Of a stretch of 64,000 bases of DNA, positions 41,060 through 50,529 are shown in pieces. This DNA comes from an uncultured Desulfobacterales bacterium (lineage in GTDB: Bacteria > Desulfobacterota > DSM-4660 > Desulfatiglandales > HGW-15). The position numbers and the translations under genes are program-made. The stretch covers positions 96,719-160,718 of the forward strand of contig CAYUBQ010000001.1 in the NCBI GenBank assembly GCA_964443135.1. The letters run 5' to 3'. The notes beneath the pieces are model-generated. The model did not search any database, was not told where the DNA came from, and saw only the letters and a list, made by a program, of their open reading frames with translations. The number at the start of each line of letters is the position of its first letter. Position 1 is the stretch's first letter.

Positions 41060-42445
41060 TCACCCGCCGCCCTCCACCAGCCGGTCCACCTTGCGCACGT
41101 AAGCCGCCGGATCGCACTTGCGCTCCAGGCCCGAGGCGGCCATGAAGCGTACCTTGCCGAAGATCGGCCGCTCGGCCCAGGGCCGGTCGTGGAGGCCGAA
41201 CACCCAGGCCACGCCCGCGTAGCTGTTGGGGTCCCGGCCGTCGACGAAGTACTTGTTGTTCAGAGCCAGGGCCGTCGAGAAGGCTTCCTCCGGCGTCTCG
41301 GACCACTCGAGGATCTTTTTTCCCCAGTACATCCGCATGTGGTTGTGCATGTAGCCGGTGTAGCGCATCTCCCGCATGGCCGCGTTCCAGTAAGGGTCGT
41401 GGGTCTCCGCGTCTTCGAGCACCCCGGGCGAGTACAGGGGCTCCCGCAGATCCTTCTCGTGCTCGCGAAGGGTCGTCCTGGCCCACTCCGGCAGGGCGTG
41501 GTACCGGTCGTAGTCCGGCTCGAAGTGCGTGTAGTTGTGCGCCAGCTCCCGGCGCACCAGCAGCTCCTCCATGAAGGTTTCCCGGCTCTCCTCGAGGCCG
41601 CGGGTCTTTTGGAGCTCGAGCGCCAGCCACACCGGCGAGACCTGCCCGAAGTGGAGGTACATGCTCATGAGAGAGACGTCGTCGGTCTGGGGCTGGTTGC
41701 GGTGGGCGGCGTAGTTCTTCAGCCGCCGATGGAGAAACGCCTCGAAGACCCGGCGGGCCTCCACCTGCCCGCCCGTGAACAGATCCACCGGTCGGACCGA
41801 GCGGTCCAGCTCCAGCCGCGCGCACGCCGCGTCGGGATCGTCCACGTCCATCCCGGTCACGTGGAGGGGCAGGGACTGCTTGTGCGGGTCGGTCCGCTCA
41901 AGGGCGTGCAGGAACCGGGGAAGAAGCTTTTGAACCTTGCTGCGAAGGGTTCGGGCCGCATACTCCCGCTTGTCGGAGACCGCGTCCACGGGCACGATCA
42001 GGTTCGTCTCCACCTGGATCACCGGGCGGCCCGCCTCCTCGGCGACCCGGTTCCGCCACTTCCGCTGCACCCGCGTGTGGCCTCGGTCCGTGACGATCAG
42101 GGAGGCGTCCCGGCCGAGCCGCATCGCGACCTCGTCCGGCCGGCCGCGGAGGACCACCAGCTTGATCCCCCGTTTTGCCAGGGAGCGGCGGGCGTCGGCC
42201 AGGCCCTGGAGCATGAACCGGTAGTGCCGCAGGTTCCCCTCCGGGAAGTCGTCCATCAGGCCGAACCCGACGAGCAAAGGCCGGCCCAGCTCGTTCGCCC
42301 GCCGGATCCCGAGCTCCAGGGCCGGGTTGTGGTGCTCCCGCTGGGCGGCCTGCATCCAGTAGAGCACGTACGACCCCTCGCGGGGGGCGTCGTCCCGGCT
42401 CAGCAGCTCGATCCGCTGCGGCTCGATGTCCGGGTAAGACCTCAT
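41060..42445 (-). CDS. Class II CPD deoxyribodipyrimidine photolyase
   Basis: ATG at 42445 follows GGGAGGGGCG. YVLYWMQAAQREHHNPAL.., ..HDPYWNAAMREMRYTGYMHNHMRMYWGKKILEWSETPEEAF..AL.LNNKYFVDGRDPNSYAGVAWVFGLHDRPW match class II photolyases such as the Methanosarcina enzyme. Confidence 0.9.
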   Translation of the reverse strand: MRSYPDIEPQRIELLSRDDAPREGSYVLYWMQAAQREHHNPALELGIRRANELGRPLLVGFGLMDDFPEGNLRHYRFMLQGLADARRSLAKRGIKLVVLRGRPDEVAMRLGRDASLIVTDRGHTRVQRKWRNRVAEEAGRPVIQVETNLIVPVDAVSDKREYAARTLRSKVQKLLPRFLHALERTDPHKQSLPLHVTGMDVDDPDAACARLELDRSVRPVDLFTGGQVEARRVFEAFLHRRLKNYAAHRNQPQTDDVSLMSMYLHFGQVSPVWLALELQKTRGLEESRETFMEELLVRRELAHNYTHFEPDYDRYHALPEWARTTLREHEKDLREPLYSPGVLEDAETHDPYWNAAMREMRYTGYMHNHMRMYWGKKILEWSETPEEAFSTALALNNKYFVDGRDPNSYAGVAWVFGLHDRPWAERPIFGKVRFMAASGLERKCDPAAYVRKVDRLVEGGG

Positions 42446-42696
42446 CGCCCCTCCCAGCCGATGACCGGAACCGCTGCGCAGGGAACCCCGTTGAACACCG
42501 GGAAAACGATTTTGAACAAGCCGAGGAACGCGTAGTAGACCAGGTTGAACGTCTCCCGGGATAGGGGGAACCACCGGCTCTGGGTGCGATCCACCAGATC
42601 GGGCGCCAGAATCCACGTAATCGTCCAAGAGACGTACAGCCCCCCGTTGATGATGATGCACCACATGAAAAGCCGGGTCAGCGTCTGGACATCCAT
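42442..42696 (-). CDS. Small two-TM membrane protein translationally coupled to the photolyase
   Basis: ATG at 42696 lies 6 nt after GGAGG. MDVQTLTRLFMWCIIINGGLYVSWTITWILAPDLVDRTQSRWFPLSRETFNLVYYAFLGLFKIVFPVFNGVP... Its stop overlaps the photolyase ATG (4-nt overlap). Confidence 0.65.
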   Translation of the reverse strand: MDVQTLTRLFMWCIIINGGLYVSWTITWILAPDLVDRTQSRWFPLSRETFNLVYYAFLGLFKIVFPVFNGVPCAAVPVIGWEGR

Positions 42697-42973
42697 GACA
42701 TACCTCCGCTCCCGTCGACCGCCCCGGCTTTGAGATCAAATCCCTCAGCCCCACTCTTCCGGGGCGGCCTGTCCCGGGTCGTTCGTGCAGGCCTCCCCTG
42801 CCCGCACCTTCCGGTTCGAGCCGACCCTACCCCTGGGAGTAGCCCGTTTCATATAATATAATCCAGCGAGACATCGTGACGTTTGCCTCCGCAACAGGGG
42901 ATCTGATACTCTGGTGTCCGATGGCGGAACAGACAGGCATTTTAAACGAGGTGCAGACAGAAGGGGGCCCAGG

Positions 42974-43414
42974 ATGCTCAAGCGGGTGGACCATGTCAAC
43001 CTGGTCGTCCGTGATCTCGATCAGGCAAAAAAGTTTTTCGTGGACCTTGGTTTCGAGGAAATCGATCATGCCACGCTCTCCGGGGAGGATTTTTCGCGCG
43101 TCACCGGTTTGAGCCAAGCACATGCGAAATATGCGGCTCTCTCATTGAGGGGAGCGGAAACCAAACTCGAACTGATTCAGTACATCTACCCGCCTGGGGT
43201 CAAAAGCGCCGAAACGGGAAAAGCCAACCAGATCGGGCTGCGCCACCTCGCCTTTGAGGTAGACGACATTCATGCCGAAGTTCAGCGACTCAAAGCCCGG
43301 GGATTCCGTTTTCAGAGCGGAATCGAGATGTGGAAGCGCTCGGGGAAACGAATCGTGTATTTCCAAGGCCCAGAAGGAATTCTTCTCGAATTGGCCCAAT
43401 ATCCAATCCGATAA
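42974..43414 (+). CDS. VOC/glyoxalase-family protein
   Basis: MLKRVDHVNLVVRDLDQAKKFFVDLGFEE....GLRHLAFEVDDIHAEVQRLKARGF....GPEGILLELAQY is a paired beta-alpha-beta-beta-beta pattern with metal-ligand His/Glu positions. Confidence 0.85.
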   Translation: MLKRVDHVNLVVRDLDQAKKFFVDLGFEEIDHATLSGEDFSRVTGLSQAHAKYAALSLRGAETKLELIQYIYPPGVKSAETGKANQIGLRHLAFEVDDIHAEVQRLKARGFRFQSGIEMWKRSGKRIVYFQGPEGILLELAQYPIR

Positions 43415-43518
43415 ATAGCTCCCTTTTCATCAAAAACCATCCTCATTCTGTCAATTTCATGGATGATTCCGTCTACCCCTTTCACCCCAAGGCCTCTCGT
43501 TTCCTCCGTCGAAAACAC

Positions 43519-44298
43519 CTATGATACCTCGAGTCTCAAGGGAACCGTGCGCTTTGCGGGACCGAGATACTCCACGTTCTTCATGGCCGTCTTCCTGTAT
43601 TTCTTTCCCTCCCTGGTTTCCTCCGCCGCATGAGCCACCAATCCGATGGATCTCGAGATGATGAAGAGACCTCGCCCAAGCCTCCAATCGATCCCGAGAT
43701 CCGATATAGACGCGGCAATAGCTCCATTGATGTTCGAAGCAATGTTTTTGGCTTTGCCTCTCGAAAGCTCGGCCTCCAGAGATCGGAGCAAATCGATATG
43801 AGGGCGAGGGGAAATACACGATTCGGCGATTTCAAGCAGCTTCACAGAACGCGGATCCCTTTCAAAAAAGGCGTGTCCGAAACCGGGAACCCGCTCGTTG
43901 TTATCACGATACACCTTGATGATCTTTGCGGCGATTTCATCCGTGCTTTCGCCACCCGCTTCTATTATGTTTTCCTGCAGAAGTTTCGCGCAATTCTCGA
44001 TCGCACCGCCGTGATGGTCTCCGAATGCAAGAATTCCGGCCGCCACCGCGGCCTGAAGGGGGACGCCACAAGAGGCCACGAATCGGGTTGCATTCGTAGA
44101 AGGCGGGTATATACTTTGATCGCAACAGGAGACAAGAATCGCTTCCATGAGCTTTTTTTGAGAAAGTTTTGGGAGATCACCTATGGTCATTAAGAAGACG
44201 ATGTCAGAAAAAGAGCATTTTTCCATTAACTCGCTCAATTCATATCCCTTCACATATATATTTCCCTCTTCGATATTGGAAATGTATGTATTCCACAT
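43519..44298 (-). CDS. Short citrate-synthase-family protein (citryl-CoA-lyase-like)
   Basis: 259 aa. ..FGDHHGGAIENC.. and ..VPGFGHAFFERDPRSVKLLEIA.. correspond to the citrate synthase His motifs. The length fits the short CCL-type members. Confidence 0.75.
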   Translation of the reverse strand: MWNTYISNIEEGNIYVKGYELSELMEKCSFSDIVFLMTIGDLPKLSQKKLMEAILVSCCDQSIYPPSTNATRFVASCGVPLQAAVAAGILAFGDHHGGAIENCAKLLQENIIEAGGESTDEIAAKIIKVYRDNNERVPGFGHAFFERDPRSVKLLEIAESCISPRPHIDLLRSLEAELSRGKAKNIASNINGAIAASISDLGIDWRLGRGLFIISRSIGLVAHAAEETREGKKYRKTAMKNVEYLGPAKRTVPLRLEVS

Positions 44299-44439
44299 GA
44301 TATTCCCCCTTTCAAACCACTTCTTATAAATTCAATATTCTTCTCTTCGGTTCCAATATTCTTCGAGTTAAGAGTTGCATAATATTTAGTATTCTGCTCT
44401 GAAATATTGTTGTTTTATGACCACCGATTTTCATTCAGA

Positions 44440-45990
44440 TAAATACACCCTACTTTTCACGAGGCCGACCACGCCTCAAACTCGAAGCGGCGTTTGCCCA
44501 GCCACGGGATCTTCTTTGGACCGAGCTGCTTGAGCATCTGCAAAATGAGGGGTAGATGACGCTTCTTCTTCATGGATACGACAACCCGATCCGCCTCGAT
44601 CTTGAAGGAGCCGCCGTTGGCCAGGAATTTGGTGTTCAGGCTCTTGGCGGTCTCCCATTCATAGCCTTCGATCAGGAGGGCCATGGCTCGATAGAGGTTG
44701 TGGGCCGCGGCGGTCATGGTCAGGTCGAAGTCCACCTTGACCACGATGGAAGAGGACACCTGGTTGAGATGGAAGAAGTGGATCTGCTCGGAGATCCCCT
44801 TTTCGACGAGCCATCGCTTGGCATATTGTCTCACGATGCGGGCCGGCTTCCAGTCCCATACATTGGTCAGGATGAAGGCGGGCCTCTTGCGGCCGTGTCC
44901 GGTCACGACGAGCTGACGAAACGGCGGTCCGTCCTTGGTGAGGCTCACCGTGGATTCGTAGACATCGAGCTTGCGATGTTTCCTGGAGCTGTCGGGCAGC
45001 ACGACCCTCTGCCATTGATCGGAGGGCAAGGCCTCGATTTCTTCGACGAGCTTCTTCCCCCTACGCCGCAGGGTGATGAACTGTATTCCATCGTGGTCGA
45101 GCTTGGCCAGGTTCTCATAGGTGGTGAACTTGGAATCGAAGATCAGGCACTTGGGAGAGAGTCCTCCCTGCTTCCAGAAATCGACGAGCTCCAGGACGCA
45201 CTCCGGCTGATCCCGGTGCTTCACCTCGGCATCGGAGTAGCAGAAGATCCCCGAGTCCGCATCCTGGCAGAGAACGGCCAGGACGCTCTTGAGGGCCTGC
45301 CGCCGCTTGCCGGACCAGTTGTTCTCGAGCACACTGGCATCGCCCCAGTGGGGGATCGCGGTGAAGTCCATGTTGACCAGGCCGGAGAACACCCCTTCCT
45401 GGTCGAATGTCTTCTGCATGGCCCGGAGGAAGCGGACATTCATCTCCCGCTCCACCCGATAGGAATAGGAAGAAAGGGTCGCGGCCTTGGGCAAGACGTT
45501 GAGGCCGGCAAAGAGCCCCAGGCTCCGGTCCATGGCCCAGAGATCGTCCTGGCTGTACCGCTCGTAGCCGGAGAGCTTGAGGGCCAAAAAGGACAGGACG
45601 CTCTGGGTGCGGTTCAGCTCGGATGTCTCCGGATACCGGGCATGGTCGATCCAGCGGTGTACCTTGAGCTTGACCAGCAGAGGGAGGAGCGTGAGGAGCC
45701 CGATACCCCTCTCGGAGTGAAACGTCTTGCCCATGTCCAGTTCCCAATCCAGGCTCCGGGTTTGAGGGGCGGCAAGGCGGCTCACCGATCCTTTTCGCTT
45801 CTCCAGGGTGTTTCGCCTGGGAAGACGGCTGAACCCGTCTTCCACCAGAATGCGGTGGATGAAGTCATGGGAGGTCTTGTGGCCCATGGTATCGAGGGCG
45901 GCCTGGATATCCAGGATGGAGTAGTTCTGCTTGCGAGAGAGTCCCGCATCGACTGCACCGTGGTCGCTTCCAATATCCATCCCCGACGGA
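44440..45990 (-). mobile_element. IS element (IS4-superfamily-like); boundaries approximate
   Basis: A single transposase ORF fills the segment. There is a sharp composition change at about 44440-44457 (AT-rich island DNA to the left). The right edge abuts a second, truncated transposase gene at about 45983-45997. A 13-nt imperfect inverted pair, GAGGCCGACCACG (44461-44473) and CGTGGTCGCTTC (45959-45970), lies at the ORF ends but may be coincidental. Confidence 0.6.
44457..45980 (-). CDS. DDE transposase (IS4/IS1634-like)
   Basis: 507 aa. Candidate DDE residues lie in ..LVNMDFTAIPHWGD.., ..LIFDSKFTTYENL.. and ..YAKRWLVEKGISEQ (Y-2-R-3-E signature). N-terminal HTH-like segment present. Confidence 0.8.
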   Translation of the reverse strand: MDIGSDHGAVDAGLSRKQNYSILDIQAALDTMGHKTSHDFIHRILVEDGFSRLPRRNTLEKRKGSVSRLAAPQTRSLDWELDMGKTFHSERGIGLLTLLPLLVKLKVHRWIDHARYPETSELNRTQSVLSFLALKLSGYERYSQDDLWAMDRSLGLFAGLNVLPKAATLSSYSYRVEREMNVRFLRAMQKTFDQEGVFSGLVNMDFTAIPHWGDASVLENNWSGKRRQALKSVLAVLCQDADSGIFCYSDAEVKHRDQPECVLELVDFWKQGGLSPKCLIFDSKFTTYENLAKLDHDGIQFITLRRRGKKLVEEIEALPSDQWQRVVLPDSSRKHRKLDVYESTVSLTKDGPPFRQLVVTGHGRKRPAFILTNVWDWKPARIVRQYAKRWLVEKGISEQIHFFHLNQVSSSIVVKVDFDLTMTAAAHNLYRAMALLIEGYEWETAKSLNTKFLANGGSFKIEADRVVVSMKKKRHLPLILQMLKQLGPKKIPWLGKRRFEFEAWSAS

Positions 45991-46879
45991 CTCCTCGTTG
46001 CTCTATGACGGGGTCCGGGTCATCACGCGCCTCCTGCATCGGGCCCGGGAAGGCCTGCAGGGCATCGACACCCCTTTTACCGATCACACCCGCAGGGCCA
46101 AGCGCAGGATGCTGGGTGTAAAAAACGCCAAGAACAAGAAGGCGCGGAAGCCCCAATACCAGGATCTTCTCAAGGTCACCAAGAAGACCCTCGGCTACGC
46201 AGCAAACATCCTCGCCGAGATCAGGACGGGCGTGTTCCTCGATCCCCAGGAGACCCTGCTGGCCTTGAGTCTTCAACAGGACCTGGAGGGATACATCGAA
46301 CTCACCACGCGGGTGATCGACCAAACCGAGCGCCGTGTCCTGCGGGAGGAAAAAGTCCCGGCCCAGGAGAAGGTGGTCTCCCTTTTCGAGCCCCACACGG
46401 ACATCATTGTCAAGGACCGACGGGATACCTATTACGGCCACAAGGTCTGCCTGAGCAGCGGTCACTCCGGTCTGATCACGGACTGCATCATCACCAAGGG
46501 CAACCCGGCGGACACCGACTTGACCATCGACATGCTCGACCGACAGAACGAGGTCTTCGGGCGCTACCCCCTCAAGGTAGCCTTGGATGGGGGCTTTGCG
46601 TCGAAGGACAATCTCGCGTCGGCCAAGGCCATGGGGATCAAGGATGTCTGCTTTGCCAAGAAGCGCGGCCTCAAGGTCGAGGACATGTGCCGGAGCGAGT
46701 ATGTCTACAGCCGACTCCGGCGCTTCCGGGCAGGGGTCGAGTCCGGGATCTCCTGGCTGAAGCGCTGCTTTGGTTTTGACAAGTGCACCTGGAAGGGCCT
46801 GCGCTCGTTCAAGAGCTATGTCTGGGCCTCCCTGGTGACTGCAAATCTGGTGACCATCATCAGACAACTGCAACTTTAA
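45983..46879 (+). pseudogene. 5'-truncated DDE transposase (IS5/ISNCY-like)
   Basis: Reading begins at ..PTDSSLLYDGVRVITRLL.., which is the region around the first catalytic Asp of IS5-type enzymes. It continues through ..VALDGGFASKDNL.. and ..RFRAGVESGISWLKRCFGFDKCTWKGLRSFKSYVWASLVTANL. No N-terminal DNA-binding part is present, and the only start is TTG at 45998. Confidence 0.6.
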
Positions 46880-47100
46880 AAGGCTTAACGAAAGCATTAA
46901 AATAGCTATTAAAATTATTTACAGCTAAATAATGCCTCAAAATAACTATTTTACGCCTACATAGCGAGACCGCAATCCGATTCCGGGTTCAAAGCATGGA
47001 GTTTGGAGCGTAACGGACATTTTTTGTTCACTCTCAACCGTAAAATTGCTCTTTCTGGATAGGCACTAACTAAAAGAATGGCCCGAGTGCTGTTCGGTAC

Positions 47101-48771
47101 TTAGAAATTAAAGACGCCATCCACATCTTCTTGAGGAACATCGAATACGGCATTGGTCGGGGGCAAAGGCTCAACCCTCATCCAGTCCGGTAGCCTGTCA
47201 GATCCAGGTCCTATCCCCGCTTTTGCGTTGAAATTTCTCTCCTGCCGAAGCATTTCCTTTCCCATCTCCAAATAGTCTTCCACTCCCCAGCTGACCCCAT
47301 AAAGGCCGTTGATCACCGGGACAATGAGTTCCGGCGCGCGCGCCATAAATGTGAAGAGACAGAGTCCAGTGGCATCGAATGCGGCCATTCCGATCTGAGA
47401 GAGCCTTGACCTATCCCCTTGACCGCTGGGGGAAAGCGGTTCTTCCATTACCGCGCCTGCGGTGTGATCAGCACCCTGTGGGCTTGTAGCATAGGTTACT
47501 GCCCACCCCTTGGAAGACCTGGCGGCGTGAGCAGGAATGCCTAAACTCTTCACGGCCGGAACCCGCTCAATCCCGAATATCTTCGCCGCCGCTGAAACAC
47601 CGCTTCCCAGTATCCGGCCCATGGGCGTTCCATTCTCGATTTCATCGATCAGGGATGCGGCTTTCGCCGCATCACCGAATTCGAAAAGGCCTACATCATT
47701 CAGTATCCCGATGGTGCAACCTAATTCAATAGTATCAATGCCCAAATCATCACATCTGCGATCCATTCTCGCAATTGCATCAAGATCATCAATCCCGAGG
47801 TTCGAACCAAGCATGCCGATGGTCTCATATTCAAGCGCCGCTGTGACAAACTTTTGGGATGAATCATTAAACAGGGAAGAACAGCGGACAACACAGCCGG
47901 GCATACAACCGTGCCCCATCGAACCATTACGCGCCTTCACCATCTCGGCAAACTTGGTTGCGTTAATTCTGTCGGCTCTATCAAAGGAGCCAAGCCTGTG
48001 GTTGTTGGTAGGAAGACTGCCGCGTCCATTGTCCGCATCAACAAAAATGGCCGTACCGAGAGTGTGAAGGGCATCCGTAAAGGGGGCATTCCGAATTGCG
48101 TCTGTCAATGCCTTTGCGGTGGACTTGAATAAATCTCTGCTTGCGGCTTTTCGAACACTGCACCCTTCGCTGTCAATCACTATCGCCTTGAGACCTTTGG
48201 CGGCCATAACCGCCCCAAGGCCGCCTCGAGCAGCATGCCTTGCAGGATTACCATCAGGGTCTGCTACGGCGACGGTTGAATTTGCAAGCCTCATCTCGCC
48301 TGCGGGGCCGGTTATGATAATGCCCACTTTATCCCCATACATCTGTCTGAGTCTCTCACAAGCGTGGTAGTTTTTCAGCCCGGAAACATTTTCGGCGGAT
48401 TCGAGTTTCGTCCCATTGACATCAATCTTTAAAGTCTGCCATGTCTCGCTTTTTCCTTCCACGAAGATGCCGCCGATACCAAGTCGCCCGAGCTTGTGGG
48501 CTGCTGTACCGCCGGAGTTTGCCTCTCTTATGCACCCAGTCAGTGGACTTTTTCCTCCTATCGAAAGCCTTCCTGACTGGGGCGCGCTTGTTCCAGCAAA
48601 AAGACCTGGGGCCACAACGAACAAACCCTCTCTTGCCAGCGGATGGGCCGTCGGCGAACCGTACTTTGTCAAGAGATAGTCAACCATAGCCCTACCCCCG
48701 ACAATTGTGCCTTCCGGCAATTGCTCTATAGCTATCATATTCTTTGACATATCAACTCTAAGTATATTCAT
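47101..48771 (-). CDS. Aldehyde:ferredoxin oxidoreductase family enzyme (second, shorter paralogue)
   Basis: 556 aa. ..VGGRAMVDYLL....PLAREGLFVVAPGLFAGTSAPQSGRLSIGGKSPLTGCIREANSGG.. is an AOR N-domain. ..GHGCMPGCVVRC.. is the cluster region. Confidence 0.85.
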   Translation of the reverse strand: MNILRVDMSKNMIAIEQLPEGTIVGGRAMVDYLLTKYGSPTAHPLAREGLFVVAPGLFAGTSAPQSGRLSIGGKSPLTGCIREANSGGTAAHKLGRLGIGGIFVEGKSETWQTLKIDVNGTKLESAENVSGLKNYHACERLRQMYGDKVGIIITGPAGEMRLANSTVAVADPDGNPARHAARGGLGAVMAAKGLKAIVIDSEGCSVRKAASRDLFKSTAKALTDAIRNAPFTDALHTLGTAIFVDADNGRGSLPTNNHRLGSFDRADRINATKFAEMVKARNGSMGHGCMPGCVVRCSSLFNDSSQKFVTAALEYETIGMLGSNLGIDDLDAIARMDRRCDDLGIDTIELGCTIGILNDVGLFEFGDAAKAASLIDEIENGTPMGRILGSGVSAAAKIFGIERVPAVKSLGIPAHAARSSKGWAVTYATSPQGADHTAGAVMEEPLSPSGQGDRSRLSQIGMAAFDATGLCLFTFMARAPELIVPVINGLYGVSWGVEDYLEMGKEMLRQERNFNAKAGIGPGSDRLPDWMRVEPLPPTNAVFDVPQEDVDGVFNF

Positions 48772-48800
48772 TATTAATCTCCAAAGTAATCATAATAGTT

Positions 48801-49058
48801 TCAGCCTCCGTCCGATAAATCAAAAACCTTAATATCATCGCCGTCAGCCAGCTCATCATTTAGTTGTCTTATTTTGCCTCCAATGGCAACAAAACGGGCC
48901 CCATGGGCAGGAAGTTCGAATGCATTAATTAAGTCTCCAACACTGGAGCCGGCTGGAAGTCGTAAGGCAATTCCCGCCTCTGTGTCATATCCTTTAACAC
49001 ATTTTCCCAAACCGGAATACAGCTTTACGTTAACATTTATGAATTCAAATTTATTCAC
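48801..49058 (-). CDS. MoaD/ThiS-family ubiquitin-like protein (C-terminal Gly-Gly)
   Basis: 85 aa ending ..DGDDIKVFDLSDGG*. Beta-grasp size, located immediately upstream of the AOR gene. Confidence 0.7.
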   Translation of the reverse strand: MNKFEFINVNVKLYSGLGKCVKGYDTEAGIALRLPAGSSVGDLINAFELPAHGARFVAIGGKIRQLNDELADGDDIKVFDLSDGG

Positions 49059-49097
49059 GTCCTGATTCCGATCATGTAAAGGTCTGAACTTCTGTCA

Positions 49098-50489
49098 TCA
49101 ATAAATATAGTCATCTAAATGAATTATATCCCAAACCTCATCTGGAACCTTAACCCTATTCGGAAACTCCTTGCTTATCGGACGTGTTGCGTCAATCCCC
49201 ATTTTTGTGACCATTCCCTCGCCGCTGAAAATCGAATCCAGCCCATATGAACTGGGGTCCAGAACACTGCTGCGAGCCCCTTTTACGAAAAACACATCTT
49301 GATCAGCCTGAACCCGGGTGGAGACGGCCCAGAGCACTTCATCGTCATTAAAGATATCGACATCATCATCTACAACGATGGCATGTTTCACCATGTACTC
49401 GGAGCCGAGAAGTGTCAAAAGCACATTCTTGCCATCGCCGTCACGCACTTTCTCAATGGAAATATAGGCATGGTATCCGGAACCGTTCAAAGGCAAACGG
49501 ACATCCTTAATGGTCGGAAAGACAGTTTTAATTTTCTTGTATAAATTAGCCTCTTTGGAAGGCATAATCCAGAGCCCCAGATGCTCTTTTGAAGAAGGAA
49601 TAATATCATGATAAATATAGTCCTGTCGGTGTGTAATCGCTTTTACTCTGAAGACGGGAGATTTCCGCTTCAGCCCGTAGTTCATTGTATATTCACCGAA
49701 TGGTGCTTCATCCTTTCTCGCGCCAGACAGAATTTCTCCCTCAATTATCATTTCAGCGTCAGCAGGAACAGGGAAACTCAAGGTCTCCGAAGGAACAATA
49801 CCAAGAGGTTCGCCGAGAAGTGAACCCGCTAATGCGTAATCATCAGTACCGAAAGGCTCGTTATTTTGGGATGCGATCACAAAGGCGGGGTGATGACCGA
49901 TAACGATCGCCATTTCGAGATGCTCATTATTTAGCTCCGCGCGCCTCAGCAACTCGCCTCCATGATGATTGGGGTTAATGAAAATTCCGCCTTCGATTGG
50001 ACCGGAAACCATAAAACGATACATGCCCATATTAACCGTTGTTCCATCCAGATTAGACGCTATGCAGACACCGGCCGAGATATATGCTCCCGCATCATCC
50101 TCATGATGTTTCGGAACAGGTAAAGAGAGCAGATCAGGATCTCCTCCCGTGTGAATGATCTCCTTCACAGGTGCATTATCGACCCTCTCGGGAGGCAATG
50201 GGCTGAGAATTTTTTTTAAGTAGTTTTCGTTCAATCTGCTTGAAGCGCCGTCTAATGCGAGCGCCACAGCGTCTCTGTCTGCAAATAAATTGCACACTAA
50301 TGAATGGCTATGCCCCGCAACGCTTTTGAAATGAACAATAGGGTCACGGCCAGCGCTTGCGAGCTTTTTCACAAGGGCTGTGCTTTCATATTGAAGGCTC
50401 ATTTCTTTGTTAACCGTCAAAAGTGAATCAGGCATTTTTTGCTGGACAAGGCCAAGGAAGGTCCTCAAATCTTTTTTGTTTGAATTCAT
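49098..50489 (-). CDS. UbiD-family (prFMN-dependent) decarboxylase/carboxylase
   Basis: 463 aa. MNSNKKDLRTFLGLVQQ....LLTVNKEMSLQYESTALVKKL....PIVHFKSV.GHS.SLVCNLFADRD parallels the UbiD N-terminus (DLRDFL..LE..GEL.....V...LE..........GPA.LF.....). Confidence 0.85.
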   Translation of the reverse strand: MNSNKKDLRTFLGLVQQKMPDSLLTVNKEMSLQYESTALVKKLASAGRDPIVHFKSVAGHSHSLVCNLFADRDAVALALDGASSRLNENYLKKILSPLPPERVDNAPVKEIIHTGGDPDLLSLPVPKHHEDDAGAYISAGVCIASNLDGTTVNMGMYRFMVSGPIEGGIFINPNHHGGELLRRAELNNEHLEMAIVIGHHPAFVIASQNNEPFGTDDYALAGSLLGEPLGIVPSETLSFPVPADAEMIIEGEILSGARKDEAPFGEYTMNYGLKRKSPVFRVKAITHRQDYIYHDIIPSSKEHLGLWIMPSKEANLYKKIKTVFPTIKDVRLPLNGSGYHAYISIEKVRDGDGKNVLLTLLGSEYMVKHAIVVDDDVDIFNDDEVLWAVSTRVQADQDVFFVKGARSSVLDPSSYGLDSIFSGEGMVTKMGIDATRPISKEFPNRVKVPDEVWDIIHLDDYIY

Positions 50490-50529
50490 CGAGCATCCTC
50501 ACAGAAAAATAGTAACCGCCTGTCTACCG

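Noticed and set aside
42860-42925. Possible internally deleted copy of the dispersed repeat (GTGACGTTTGCC...CAGGGGATCTGATAC...GTCCGATGG).
   Set aside because: Only short, gapped similarity to the consensus ends and core, too weak to call by eye.
44461-45970. A 13-nt imperfect inverted pair (GAGGCCGACCACG / CGTGGTCGCTTC) as the IS terminal repeats.
   Set aside because: It would place the transposase ATG (45980) outside the element. The match is short (11/13), so it is possibly coincidental. The IS boundaries are left approximate.
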